DNA of 64,000 nucleotides from Bacilli bacterium (lineage in GTDB: Bacteria; Bacillota_I; Bacilli_A; RF39; UBA660). Of the stretch, positions 10,459-20,273 are shown in pieces. The translations under genes were made by a program, and so were the position numbers. Position 1 is the stretch's first letter; each line of letters opens with the position of its first letter. The stretch lies in assembly GCA_041655535.1 (NCBI GenBank), contig JBBAFH010000004.1, positions 4,276 through 68,275 of the forward strand, written 5' to 3'. The notes below the pieces were generated by a model. The model did no database searches. It saw nothing but the letters and a program-made list of their open reading frames with translations, and was not told where the DNA came from.

Positions 10459-11235
10459 TTATTCCACGGGAACTAATACATTTGGAGAACTTTTATTAAG
10501 ACCATTAAAATAATAATTAGGAACAGTACCTTGAATAAGTTTTATAGCGATTGGTATACTCGTATTATATATAATTTTTTTAGACACAAAAGGTAGAATT
10601 ACTTGTTCATTAAGTTCTATATCAATACTTATCTCAATCATCGCATTATTAATACCATAGTTAGTAATATTAGTATTTATCCGACTAATAACTTCTCCTA
10701 CTAAATTAAATCTAACAGGAACTTTCGGACCTAAATTAGACAATAACGCATTTTTAGCAATTATTCCTGATGGTATTTCAAAAATAATCCCGTTTTTTAA
10801 TTTTTCTAAATCATAATCATCAAAGTTTTCATCAATGATGTCCACCTTATCCAAATTACCTTTTACGATATTTTTAAGATTTTTTTGAACACTACTTGTA
10901 ATAATTGTTAATAAACGATTAACAAAGATTGGATTAAAATCAATGGTCTTTATTTCATCATTATTATCTTTACCAATAATCAATAATTCATCAACCTTTA
11001 AATCTTCGGTAATAACATCATTAACCGCTCTGTTAATAACAAGGTTTGAAAAACGTTTCAATTCTATTTCTGCATAATTTATAAGCGTTGGAGTAATTTT
11101 ATTATTTATATATGAAAATGTTATGTATAAGGTACCAACAAACAAAATAAAGATGATGATAAAGAAATGTATTCCAGAGATTTTAAAACTTTTAAATGAC
11201 AGTAAATGTTTCTTTTTCAGCCTTATTCTACCCAC
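10459..11235 (-). CDS. yunB: Sporulation protein YunB family
   Basis: 258 aa with a single N-terminal TM helix and a YunB-like length and composition. Confidence 0.5.
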   Translation of the reverse strand: MGRIRLKKKHLLSFKSFKISGIHFFIIIFILFVGTLYITFSYINNKITPTLINYAEIELKRFSNLVINRAVNDVITEDLKVDELLIIGKDNNDEIKTIDFNPIFVNRLLTIITSSVQKNLKNIVKGNLDKVDIIDENFDDYDLEKLKNGIIFEIPSGIIAKNALLSNLGPKVPVRFNLVGEVISRINTNITNYGINNAMIEISIDIELNEQVILPFVSKKIIYNTSIPIAIKLIQGTVPNYYFNGLNKSSPNVLVPVE

Positions 11236-11309
11236 TCTTTAACACCACCTATATAATTATATGTAAGTATATAATTATATATTTTGACAATAATATTAAG
11301 GGTGATTTG

Positions 11310-11765
11310 ATGGATTTAGAAAAAATAATGAGTAAAGATTTAATTGTTGGAAGTGTTGATGATAAACTATCTGATATTGCATTATTAATGCAACAACGTG
11401 ATATAGGTTTTATGCCAATTGCTGAGGAAGATCAAATTGTTGGAGTTATAACTGATCGTGACATTGTCATAAATTGTTTAAGCAATAACGACACTGATTG
11501 TGAGGTTAAAGATTATATTACCAGAAACATTATTTCAATTGATATTAATGATAGTATTGAAGATGCAATTGAAATAATGGGTGATGAAAAGATTAAACGA
11601 TTATTAGTAAGTAATGATGGTAATCTAGTAGGAATTATCTCTTTATCGGATATAATAACTACTAATATTGATAATCAGATTATAGTTGATAATTTAAAAA
11701 AACTTTGGAAAATTGATAAAAATACTGACCACTTAAATCCCAAAGTTGATGAATTTAAACTATAA
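11310..11765 (+). CDS. CBS domain-containing protein
   Basis: A tandem CBS pair (IVGVITDRDIV...LVGIISLSDII). The start is chosen at an ATG with an upstream AAGGGTGA ribosome-binding site. Confidence 0.75.
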   Translation: MDLEKIMSKDLIVGSVDDKLSDIALLMQQRDIGFMPIAEEDQIVGVITDRDIVINCLSNNDTDCEVKDYITRNIISIDINDSIEDAIEIMGDEKIKRLLVSNDGNLVGIISLSDIITTNIDNQIIVDNLKKLWKIDKNTDHLNPKVDEFKL

Positions 11766-11836
11766 AAATGAGGCTATTATAATACAAATATAAAAAAGCA
11801 AACACCTTTGTGTTTACTTTTTATTATAATTTCATT

Positions 11837-12262
11837 TTACTTTTGTTTTTTTTCTTTATCTGTTTCTTCAAGTTTTGACAAGATTTCTTTGGTTACTTTA
11901 ATTGAATTTTCACGAATTGAATTAGCCATGTTTTCAAAAACAGGAGTACCTTTTTCAACTGTATATTCAACTAATTCTTCAACCATGTCTTGAATATCTT
12001 TAGCTTTTTTCTTGGCAATCTTTAACATTTTTTCTTTATCAAGATCTTCTAATTCCATTTTAATTTCAAAAATTCTTGTTTCAATATTTTCACGAACTTC
12101 ATCCATATCAACTTCTTTTAATTTTTCTAAAAAATCTTCAATCGCAATTTTTAAATCATTACGAGTTTCACTACCTTTTTTAGGTGCGAACAAAACCCCT
12201 AATCCAGCACCTACTAAAGCACCAGTTAAAAATTTACCAAAACCACTTTTCTTTTTACTCAT
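11837..12262 (-). CDS. ytxH: YtxH-like protein (general stress / DUF948-associated)
   Basis: MSKKKSGFGKFLTGALVGAGLGVLFAPKKGSETR is the YtxH signature, followed by a coiled-coil tail. Confidence 0.75.
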   Translation of the reverse strand: MSKKKSGFGKFLTGALVGAGLGVLFAPKKGSETRNDLKIAIEDFLEKLKEVDMDEVRENIETRIFEIKMELEDLDKEKMLKIAKKKAKDIQDMVEELVEYTVEKGTPVFENMANSIRENSIKVTKEILSKLEETDKEKKQK

Positions 12263-12578
12263 TTTCTTCTTCTCCCTTCTTTTTCTTTTTTGATCTTTTT
12301 GTAAAAAATGATACAATTCCGTTACTAACAAAACTAATTATTTTATCATTAAACGAAACTAATGAATCGGTTGTCATATCAATAATGTCAAATAATCCAT
12401 TTAATCTACTAGCCTTATAATTTACATCATCAACTACCTTATTAACCTTCATAATTGTTTTAATAAGATTGATAATTAAAATAATTAATGCTATTAAAAG
12501 TATACTTAATAATGCATATATTATGAATGGAAAAATCGTATCTACCCAACTATTCACGAGTATCATCCCCTCTTTCAT
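12255..12578 (-). CDS. DUF948 family membrane protein (YtxG-like)
   Basis: Small protein with one TM helix and a coiled-coil tail, immediately upstream of the ytxH-like gene, as in the B. subtilis ytxGHJ cluster. The start codon is uncertain (TTG at 12590, ATG at 12578 or 12566, or GTG at 12557). Confidence 0.5.
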   Translation of the reverse strand: MKEGMILVNSWVDTIFPFIIYALLSILLIALIILIINLIKTIMKVNKVVDDVNYKASRLNGLFDIIDMTTDSLVSFNDKIISFVSNGIVSFFTKRSKKKKKGEEENE

Positions 12579-13344
12579 ACATTGAATCAATTAACTCAAA
12601 TAATTCGCCTTCAGTAATTTTGTCATCTTCATCATCAAACATTCTTTCAATCTCAGAAGCAATCATGTTGTCACTGTTGTCGATTTCCTCAACTTGTTCA
12701 TCTAAATCAACGTCAGTTAAAGTTATATTTTCAAAAATTTCATCATCTTCTTCATTATTATGATACGATATTTCTTCTTTATTCTTTAATTCTTCAAATA
12801 AATCTTTTTCAACATGTTCAACAATTTCTTCTTTAAACAAAATAGAATTAGTACTTAAAATTTCACTTTCAAGTTCCTCTTCTAAAGTACCAAAAGCTTT
12901 CTTTCTGACTACATCAATGGAGATTTCTTTAGAAGGACAATGAATATCTGCCATCGGTTTTTGTTTAACTGAAATATCATCTTTACTATAATTTTTATCC
13001 AATATACCATAAATTGGGGAAATGATTGGCGATGGTTTAAAAACCATTGGTTTCTCTTTTTCCTTTTCCTTCAGTGATTCATTATAATTATATCTCTTTT
13101 TATTAACTTGATTATTTTTCAAGCTAGTTGAACGAAGATCTTCAAAATCACTATCGCTAAAAAACACAGGAGTTGGATTTTTTTCAATATTATTAACAAC
13201 ATCACTATCACTAATAGTATTGACTTTTTCAGGCTCGTCCTTAGTTGGAGATGCGATTTCAACCTTAATAACTTCTTTTTTTATTGGTTCTTGTTCTTCA
13301 ACCACATCGGTAAATAAATCTTTAATTTTATTAAAAAGCCCCAC
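12550..13344 (-). CDS. Acidic hypothetical protein with an N-terminal amphipathic helix
   Basis: 264 aa. N-terminus MGLFNKIKDLF, followed by a very acidic, Glu/Asp-rich C-terminal part. No confident family assignment. Confidence 0.5.
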   Translation of the reverse strand: MGLFNKIKDLFTDVVEEQEPIKKEVIKVEIASPTKDEPEKVNTISDSDVVNNIEKNPTPVFFSDSDFEDLRSTSLKNNQVNKKRYNYNESLKEKEKEKPMVFKPSPIISPIYGILDKNYSKDDISVKQKPMADIHCPSKEISIDVVRKKAFGTLEEELESEILSTNSILFKEEIVEHVEKDLFEELKNKEEISYHNNEEDDEIFENITLTDVDLDEQVEEIDNSDNMIASEIERMFDDEDDKITEGELFELIDSMYERGDDTRE

Positions 13345-13354
13345 TCAATTCACC

Positions 13355-13963
13355 TCATTCATTAATTATTTCTTCTTCATATTGTAAGAAATTTTTAGTT
13401 TCTTTTTTAGATGTAAAAATATCATATTTTTCTTCACGATTAGTAAAGAATTCACTATTTAACATTAACTTAATAACATTATTGTTAAACTTAATTGTTG
13501 ATAATATATATGATGCATCTAAAACAACATCTTCAATCATATTCTTTGGCACTAATGATTCGATTTTAGCATAATTATACATAAACTCAACGAAATACTT
13601 ATCGTCAACTTTATTAATTTCTAAGTATCCTTTTTTACCATTGATATTTATTGGTTTTGAATAATAAGCGTTTTCATCAACTTTATATTTAGTTTCTTTG
13701 TTGTGATAATAACTAATTACATCAATATATAAATAATAATAATTTCCATTTGAATATAATTTGTTATTCAATTCTGTTGTGTCTAAATAATTAACGCCCC
13801 TTGGTATGTAATATTTATATCCCTTACCTATTTGATTAAATAATTTATTATCTTTTGATAATACGACACTGACAATATTTTCAATACTTTTGGTATCAAT
13901 TCTAACTATTGTACAACCACTTAGAAGTATTAAACAAATTAATATAATCGCTATTTTTTTCAT
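13355..13963 (-). CDS. Lipoprotein (hypothetical)
   Basis: Signal peptide with the lipobox LLSGC. Confidence 0.6.
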   Translation of the reverse strand: MKKIAIILICLILLSGCTIVRIDTKSIENIVSVVLSKDNKLFNQIGKGYKYYIPRGVNYLDTTELNNKLYSNGNYYYLYIDVISYYHNKETKYKVDENAYYSKPININGKKGYLEINKVDDKYFVEFMYNYAKIESLVPKNMIEDVVLDASYILSTIKFNNNVIKLMLNSEFFTNREEKYDIFTSKKETKNFLQYEEEIINE

Positions 13964-14040
13964 CTTACACCCCAGTACTTATATTATACCAAATTTCTAT
14001 ACTTATAAAAGTCTATTTCTTTTTATTTGTCAATTAGTTG

Positions 14041-14670
14041 TCACTTTTTAACTTCAACCTTATAAATAGTTGAACCAGTTTTAGAAAACTTCTCTTCATA
14101 TTCTGTCATAATATTAAGTTTATCATTATCTTTATGAAGATCTAACGATATTCGCTCTATTTTATACTCATTATCCGTTAAAGATTTTAAAGAATATTCA
14201 AATAGTTGGCGATTGTCTGTTTTCATGATAATTTTCTTGTCTGTTTTAAATATTGATTCATACTTTTTTAAAAACTCAGGGCTTGTTAAACGACGATGCG
14301 CATGTCTGTTTTTAGGCCATGGGTCAGAAAAGTTTAGATATAAAGTGTCTATTTCTTTATCAAAAATTTCTTCTACGTTAATTGCATCTTCATTTATAAA
14401 GCGAAGATTATCTAATTTTATATCATCTAATTTTTCAATTGCTCTTATTAATACACTATCATACTTTTCAATTCCAATATAATTGATATGAGGATTTAAT
14501 GTAGCATTTTCGATAATGAATTTACCCTTGCCAGTTCCAATTTCTAAATGAAGAGCATTATTGTTGTTAAATATCTTTTTATAATGTCCTTTATGTTTTC
14601 TAAAATCAATAATAACATAATTAGAATTATCAATTGTTTCTTTTGCACCTTTTACTTTTCTTAATCTCAT
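14041..14670 (-). CDS. trmB: tRNA (guanine46-N7)-methyltransferase
   Basis: Motifs LEIGTGKG and FSDPWPKNRHAHRRL. Confidence 0.9.
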   Translation of the reverse strand: MRLRKVKGAKETIDNSNYVIIDFRKHKGHYKKIFNNNNALHLEIGTGKGKFIIENATLNPHINYIGIEKYDSVLIRAIEKLDDIKLDNLRFINEDAINVEEIFDKEIDTLYLNFSDPWPKNRHAHRRLTSPEFLKKYESIFKTDKKIIMKTDNRQLFEYSLKSLTDNEYKIERISLDLHKDNDKLNIMTEYEEKFSKTGSTIYKVEVKK

Positions 14671-14725
14671 ATAATCTCCTCATAATAATTATAACATGCT
14701 TCCTAAAATATATAAATAAAAATAT

Positions 14726-15094
14726 TTACTCTTCTAAAATAAAGTCATAATCATACAAATTGCCATTTTTGGTAATTTTAACATAGGAATTGATAGAAAT
14801 TATCTTTTTTGTCTTGGGATTACGAATATCAACTTCAACATATCCTTGATCTGTTAATTCGCCTATGGTAATAGTTATTGCTTCGCCATCGTTTTTAGGC
14901 AACGAAAGTTTATTGTCAATAGCCCAATTTTTAGTGCTCAAAACAATATTGTTAACTTGATCATTATACATTTTATCTCTTGCTTCTTTAATATAATTAT
15001 CAACACCAGGATATGCTATTAAAAAGATTAGTCCTAGTAAAAGCATAACTGCCAATAATTCGATTAATGTAAATCCTAATTTATTTTTTTTCAT
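14726..15094 (-). CDS. ComGC-like type IV minor pilin / pseudopilin
   Basis: The N-terminus MKKNKLGFTLIELLAVMLLLG is a prepilin peptidase site (G|FTLIE). The start codon has a GAGGT ribosome-binding site. Confidence 0.75.
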   Translation of the reverse strand: MKKNKLGFTLIELLAVMLLLGLIFLIAYPGVDNYIKEARDKMYNDQVNNIVLSTKNWAIDNKLSLPKNDGEAITITIGELTDQGYVEVDIRNPKTKKIISINSYVKITKNGNLYDYDFILEE

Positions 15095-15116
15095 ATTTAA
15101 CCTCATTCTTTAAATA

Positions 15117-16613
15117 TTAAAACCCTGGAATAACTAAACGTGAACTGTCATCAATACCGCTACCACCGGCAATTCGATGAAACTGAAATGGACCACTAGA
15201 AACACTACCATCATTATCTCCACCACGTTCAAACCAAGAGTTTGTTGAATAAACGAAGTTGCTACTATCACCATACCAGCCTCTCGTTTCACCGGTAGCA
15301 TCGCCAAGTTTTCTTCTATCATATGCTAATTGATCATCATAAGTTGTACCGTAATTATATTTATCAATATATTTGCTCATAATGACACTATCAATAGTTG
15401 TCTGTTCAAAGCCTGATAATGATACATTTATTATCGTATTTCCACTTTCAAACATACCACCCATAACATATTCAAATGAGCCACCACTCATATCGTATAC
15501 ACCATATATATTACCTGTAGTACTCTGATTAGTATTAAAAACATAATCCCCATCACCAGTTAAGAATGATATGTTATCATTTATCGTAATTTCCTCAATT
15601 CTTCCATATTTACTATGACTTAAGTAAGCAACTGCTCCCCATTCCATATTTTTAATCATGTGAGCATCAGTATTAATTGGTAACCCATATACTGTTTCAT
15701 TGTTAAATAACTTAATTATTTCAAAAAATGAACTTGTCGTTTGTTCTTTAAGTGACGGATAATTTGGTTTAATTGAAGGTTCTGTAGGAGTACCCGTTAG
15801 TTCAAACTTACCTATCCAAAATCCTGATAACTCTCCACCAAAAGTAAAGGCTGGGTGTGTTAAATAAGTTCCGTTGGTATTTCCAGCTGATTTAGGGGTT
15901 TGTTTCTTTTCAAAAATTATTTCAATTTCTCTTGGTGAACTCACTTCAGAATTAACATTAAATAATTTATATTTATATCTCGGTATCCATACTAAATGCG
16001 CTAATACATCATCTTCTTTTATTTCTGTTTTAGGTTCTGCAGACATATAATAAGATCTTGTTGTTTCGGTAACTAATACAACATTCGCCCATTCCTGAAT
16101 TTTATAATCATACCATTTATCATAAGTATCGGCTTTTACCCATTTTGTTGCATCCCATATAACAGGAATCATACCTGGACTCAAAGTTGGCCTGTTAGCT
16201 CCCGTCTTATCAACATAAAATGGCTTAGTAATTTTTTCAACACATTCATTTTGATTAACAATTTTATAATCAATGTTAGTATTGCTTTCATAATTGACTT
16301 TAACCACTTTGGTTAGGTCAATTTTTTTACCAGTACTAATACTTGTTAAGTCATTACTTAATTCTCCTGTATCCACTAAAGTTTTTAATGAAACACAAAA
16401 AACGCTATCATTATTTAGGGGATAATTTTGTTGATTTTTTTCAAGATAAAAATCGGTCGAATTATAAATTAATTCTTTAGTAGCTTTATCTATATCTTCC
16501 GTACTTCTCTTTAATTGGTTAACGATCGGTGGAAAGGCTAACACGAGCAAGAGCCCGATCAAAAAAATTACTCCTAATACTTCAACTAATGTAAAACCAT
16601 TTTTCTTTAACAC
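15117..16613 (-). CDS. Large type IV pilin-like protein with a C-terminal FGE-sulfatase (SUMF1)-like domain, paralog 2 (GTG start)
   Basis: The N-terminus MLKKNGFTLVEVLGVIFLIGLL is a class III signal peptide. C-terminal motifs EWGAVAYLSHSKYG, GNIYGVYDMSGGSFEYVMG and WFERGG resemble the FGE-domain motifs (EWEYAAR, YGLYDMxGNVWEW, RGGSW). Confidence 0.7.
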   Translation of the reverse strand: MLKKNGFTLVEVLGVIFLIGLLLVLAFPPIVNQLKRSTEDIDKATKELIYNSTDFYLEKNQQNYPLNNDSVFCVSLKTLVDTGELSNDLTSISTGKKIDLTKVVKVNYESNTNIDYKIVNQNECVEKITKPFYVDKTGANRPTLSPGMIPVIWDATKWVKADTYDKWYDYKIQEWANVVLVTETTRSYYMSAEPKTEIKEDDVLAHLVWIPRYKYKLFNVNSEVSSPREIEIIFEKKQTPKSAGNTNGTYLTHPAFTFGGELSGFWIGKFELTGTPTEPSIKPNYPSLKEQTTSSFFEIIKLFNNETVYGLPINTDAHMIKNMEWGAVAYLSHSKYGRIEEITINDNISFLTGDGDYVFNTNQSTTGNIYGVYDMSGGSFEYVMGGMFESGNTIINVSLSGFEQTTIDSVIMSKYIDKYNYGTTYDDQLAYDRRKLGDATGETRGWYGDSSNFVYSTNSWFERGGDNDGSVSSGPFQFHRIAGGSGIDDSSRLVIPGF

Positions 16614-16636
16614 GTTACACCTACTCTCATAATATT

Positions 16637-16665
16637 ATTATACCTTTTAATCATCTTTTTGTAAA
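16637..16665 (-). promoter_or_regulatory. Sigma-A type promoter for pilin-FGE paralog 2
   Basis: -35 TTTACA, a 17-nt spacer, -10 TATAAT. This duplicates the promoter of paralog 1. Confidence 0.6.
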
Positions 16666-16692
16666 TTAAAAGGAAGTTATTTTCAAACTTCC
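16660..16692 (-). terminator. Intrinsic terminator after pilin-FGE paralog 1
   Basis: Hairpin GGAAGTT-N7-AACTTCC followed by a U-run on the minus-strand transcript. Confidence 0.55.
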
Positions 16693-16697
16693 TGTTT

Positions 16698-18251
16698 TTA
16701 TAATCCGGTTATTGTAAGGCGTGATCCGCGATAACTATCAATATGCCCTGGACTTTGATCAAATCCAAAAATTCCAATTCCTTCGCTTGTACTATGACTT
16801 AATTGTCCACCCCGATAGAACCATGAATTTGTCGTTGATAGAAAATTACTATAATTATCATACCACCCTCTTGTTTCACCAGTAGCATCACCAAGAATTC
16901 TTCTATCATATGCTAATTGATCATCTGAAGTTGTACCATAATTATATTTGTTTATATATTTATTCATATTTATATAATCTATTGTCTCTTGCGAAAATCC
17001 TGAAGACGATGTATTAATTGTTACATTTCCAATATTAAACATTGATCCCATAACATATTCAGTAGCTCCACCACTCATATCATAAACTCCATAAACATTT
17101 CCGGTTGTACTAGCCTCACCACCATTTAATGTATTATAAGCATGTTCGCAACCTGATGTTCTAATAACTTTAGCCGCTGTTCCAGCACAGCCAGTTATAA
17201 AAGTATTACTTGGATTCATCCAAATTTCTTCATTTTTACCATACTTACTATGGCTTAAATATGCGACTGCTCCCCATTCAATGTTTTTTATTAAATGAGC
17301 ATCTGATGTTTCGGGTAATCCATAAGGTATTACATTATTAAAATATTGTAACATTGAAAACATAGTACTTATGTTTTGACCTCTTAATGATTCTAAATTA
17401 GGTTTTATTGTAGGTAATACTTGTGTTCCAGTTGTTTCAAATTTTCCTATCCAAAAACCATCAATTTCCTTATCGTTATAAGTAAAGGCTGGGTGTGTTA
17501 AATAAGTACCATCCATTAACCCATTTGATTTCCCGCGGTTTGCCGGTTCGAAAACAACTTCTATTTCTTTTGGAGTTGATAAAGTTGCTTTAACATTAAA
17601 TAATTTGTATTTATACCTTGGTATCCAAACCAAATATGCCAAAATATCTTCTTCTTTTATATTTGTTCCTGATAAAGCATTTTTATAATCATCCCTTTTA
17701 GTATCGGTGACTAATACAACATTCGCCCATTCCAAGTTAGTATAATTATACCATTCTTGACTAGTATCTGCTTTAACCAGTTCTGAACCATGCCATTTAA
17801 CAGCTATCATTCCGCCAGTCAACCTCGGTTTAGAAGCACCTGATTTATCAGCATATCCTGGCTTTTGAATTTTTTCTTGACAGTTATTTTCATCCACAAT
17901 GCTGTAATCAATGTTAGCAGCATTCTCAATTTCTGCTTTGACTATTTTAGATAAATTCACTTTTTTTAATGAACTCGTATTTGTAATATTCTTATCTAAA
18001 TCACCGCTATTAACTAATTCTTGTAGAGGAATACAAAAAACACTTCCCTTAACAATTGGATAGTCATTAACTTTTTTATCTAGATAACTACTAGTAGCGG
18101 TATATATTAAGTTTTCGGTTGCTTTATCAATATCCTTACTAGATTCTCTAATTTGATTCATAATTGGTGGGAATGATAATAATAACAATATCCCAATAAG
18201 TAAAATAACGCCTAGTATTTCAACTAACGTAAATCCATTTTTCTTTAACAT
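16698..18251 (-). CDS. Large type IV pilin-like protein with a C-terminal FGE-sulfatase (SUMF1)-like domain, paralog 1
   Basis: The N-terminus MLKKNGFTLVEILGVILLIGILL is followed by conserved blocks shared with paralog 2 (AYLVWIPRYKYKLFNV, EWGAVAYLSHSKYG, GNVYGVYDMSGG, QLAYDRRILGDATGETRGWY). Confidence 0.7.
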   Translation of the reverse strand: MLKKNGFTLVEILGVILLIGILLLLSFPPIMNQIRESSKDIDKATENLIYTATSSYLDKKVNDYPIVKGSVFCIPLQELVNSGDLDKNITNTSSLKKVNLSKIVKAEIENAANIDYSIVDENNCQEKIQKPGYADKSGASKPRLTGGMIAVKWHGSELVKADTSQEWYNYTNLEWANVVLVTDTKRDDYKNALSGTNIKEEDILAYLVWIPRYKYKLFNVKATLSTPKEIEVVFEPANRGKSNGLMDGTYLTHPAFTYNDKEIDGFWIGKFETTGTQVLPTIKPNLESLRGQNISTMFSMLQYFNNVIPYGLPETSDAHLIKNIEWGAVAYLSHSKYGKNEEIWMNPSNTFITGCAGTAAKVIRTSGCEHAYNTLNGGEASTTGNVYGVYDMSGGATEYVMGSMFNIGNVTINTSSSGFSQETIDYINMNKYINKYNYGTTSDDQLAYDRRILGDATGETRGWYDNYSNFLSTTNSWFYRGGQLSHSTSEGIGIFGFDQSPGHIDSYRGSRLTITGL

Positions 18252-18273
18252 GGTGCACCTACCTTATATCTTT

Positions 18274-18302
18274 ATTATACCTTTTAATAATTACTTTGTA
18301 AA
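18274..18302 (-). promoter_or_regulatory. Sigma-A type promoter for pilin-FGE paralog 1
   Basis: -35 TTTACA, a 17-nt spacer, -10 TATAAT, then the ribosome-binding site AAGGTAGGTG. Confidence 0.6.
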
Positions 18303-18316
18303 TTAAAAAAAAACAA

Positions 18317-18508
18317 CTAGTTAGTTGCTTCTTCTTTTTTGACGATTTCTTCTTTTCCTTTGTAATTTCCACATTCAGAACATACACGATGTGGTCTTAT
18401 ATCAGCACCACATTTTGGGCATTTAGTTGTTTGATTTTCACTAATTTTATAATGTGTACGACGCATTCTTTTGCTTGTCTTACTTGTTTTTCTAAATGGT
18501 ACAGCCAT
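18317..18508 (-). CDS. rpmF: 50S ribosomal protein L32
   Basis: [22 protein letters not shown] with a CxxC...CxxC zinc ribbon. Confidence 0.9.
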   Translation of the reverse strand: MAVPFRKTSKTSKRMRRTHYKISENQTTKCPKCGADIRPHRVCSECGNYKGKEEIVKKEEATN

Positions 18509-18523
18509 GTTAACACCTCTTTC

Positions 18524-19006
18524 TTATAATAATTCCTTTAACTTTTCCAATTCTGGATTAATCTCTTCGATTGGTTCCGTTTCGGTTATTAGTTTCCAAC
18601 CATTTCCTTCTGCTTGATAGTCTCTGGCCTTTTCACTTACAACCTTCATGGGAATTTCAACTAATATATTTTCCCATATTATTGGAAAAATATCAATAGT
18701 ATTTTCACTCTTTTTAACAATCTCACTGATTTCTTTAATAATTTCGCCTAGTTTTTCGTCTATTGTTACTTTAAATGGGTAGTTTACCGGTTCTAAAGTT
18801 AGTGAACATCTAAGAACCATAACACCAGTAATTTCCATTTTAACATTATAATCAATTGATTGTTTAGTAATAATACCGTTTACTTTTACATCTTTTAGTT
18901 CAATCAAATCAGTATTATTTAACTGTTCTTCAGTAAATTCTAAATGCTCATCAATTATAACTTCTTCATCTATATCATTATTCAATCTTGTTAAATCAAT
19001 ATTCAT
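18524..19006 (-). CDS. yceD: YceD/DUF177 family protein (23S rRNA accumulation protein)
   Basis: 160-aa acidic protein immediately upstream of rpmF (a conserved gene pair). Confidence 0.7.
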   Translation of the reverse strand: MNIDLTRLNNDIDEEVIIDEHLEFTEEQLNNTDLIELKDVKVNGIITKQSIDYNVKMEITGVMVLRCSLTLEPVNYPFKVTIDEKLGEIIKEISEIVKKSENTIDIFPIIWENILVEIPMKVVSEKARDYQAEGNGWKLITETEPIEEINPELEKLKELL

Positions 19007-19109
19007 TATTCACCTTCTCGCACTATGATTATACCTTTTTTTATTGAAAATAGCAATCAATATCGTTTGAAAAATTGATTAGTTGTGCTAAAATATAAGT
19101 GGTGATTAA

Positions 19110-20261
19110 ATGAAAAGTGTTGGAATAATTTGTGAATATAATCCTTTTCATAATGGGCATCTATATCATCTAAATAAAGTAAAAGAATTATACCCAGATT
19201 TTACGATTATTTTAGTTATGAGCGGGAACTTTCTCCAAAGAGGAGAATCAAGCATTATTGATAAGTGGTCCAAAACAAAGATTGCATTAGAGCATGGGAT
19301 TGATTTAGTTGTTGAACTACCTTATGCTTTTTCAAGTCAAAGTGCGGATCTTTTTGCAAGAGGTAGTATTGAGTTATTAGATCATCTTAAAGTTGATGCA
19401 ATCGTCTTTGGAAGTGAAACTAATGATATCGATCTTTTAACAAAAATAGCTGATTTAAGTATGTCAGATAACTTTAACGAGTCCGTAAAATCATATATGG
19501 ATTTAGGTTTTAGTTATCCGAAAGCATTATCAGAAGCAATAAATAAAACAACAGGCGACAATGTTGACACTCCAAATGATATATTAGGTATTAGTTATAT
19601 TAAAGAATTAAAACGACTTAATAGTTCAATAAAACCAGTAACTATTAAAAGAACAAATAATTATCATTCACTTGAATTAAACAATGATATTGTTAGTGCG
19701 AGCAGCATTAGAAAGGCCCTTTTAGACGGTATTGATGTTATCAATTATGTTCCTGAAAATTCTTATAAATACTTAAAAAAAGAATTACACTTTATTGACA
19801 ATTACTTTTCGCTTCTAAAGTATAAAATATTGTCGGAAATTGACACGTTAAATGTTTATCAAACAGTTGATGAAGGAATTGAGAATAGAATTAAAAAATA
19901 TATTATTCATTCTAAATCATTAGATGAATTAATAATGAACATTAAAACTAAAAGGTATACTTACAATAAAATAAGAAGAATGCTTACTCATATTTTATGT
20001 AACTTTACAAAAGAAGAAGCAAATAATTTTGAGCACATAGAGTACGTTAGAGTGTTAGGTTTTACAAATAATGGCAAACAATATTTAAGTAAAATAAAAA
20101 AGGACTTACTAATTCCTTTAATAACTAATTACTCAAAACTTAACAATAAGATGCTTGATTTAGAGTTTCGTGTTACTTGTGTTTATGCATCAATATTAAA
20201 TGAAAAAGATAAAATTAACCTTATCGAGAGTGAATATAAAAACCACCCTTTGATAAAATAA
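19110..20261 (+). CDS. tmcAL: tRNA(Met) cytidine acetate ligase (YlbM/TmcAL nucleotidyltransferase)
   Basis: GIICEYNPFHNGHLYH nucleotidyltransferase motif, typical of the DUF795 family. Confidence 0.75.
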   Translation: MKSVGIICEYNPFHNGHLYHLNKVKELYPDFTIILVMSGNFLQRGESSIIDKWSKTKIALEHGIDLVVELPYAFSSQSADLFARGSIELLDHLKVDAIVFGSETNDIDLLTKIADLSMSDNFNESVKSYMDLGFSYPKALSEAINKTTGDNVDTPNDILGISYIKELKRLNSSIKPVTIKRTNNYHSLELNNDIVSASSIRKALLDGIDVINYVPENSYKYLKKELHFIDNYFSLLKYKILSEIDTLNVYQTVDEGIENRIKKYIIHSKSLDELIMNIKTKRYTYNKIRRMLTHILCNFTKEEANNFEHIEYVRVLGFTNNGKQYLSKIKKDLLIPLITNYSKLNNKMLDLEFRVTCVYASILNEKDKINLIESEYKNHPLIK

Positions 20262-20273
20262 TTTTATCTTTTT

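Noticed and set aside
11808-12763. Plus-strand ORFs 11808..11993, 12012..12293, 12184..12420 and 12527..12763
   Set aside because: They are antisense to the ytxH-like, DUF948 and acidic-protein genes. Their Ser/Phe-rich low-complexity translations are typical of antisense reading of Lys/Glu-rich genes.
15134-15322. 62-aa minus-strand ORF inside pilin-FGE paralog 2
   Set aside because: It is an alternative frame within a supported gene, with no independent signal.
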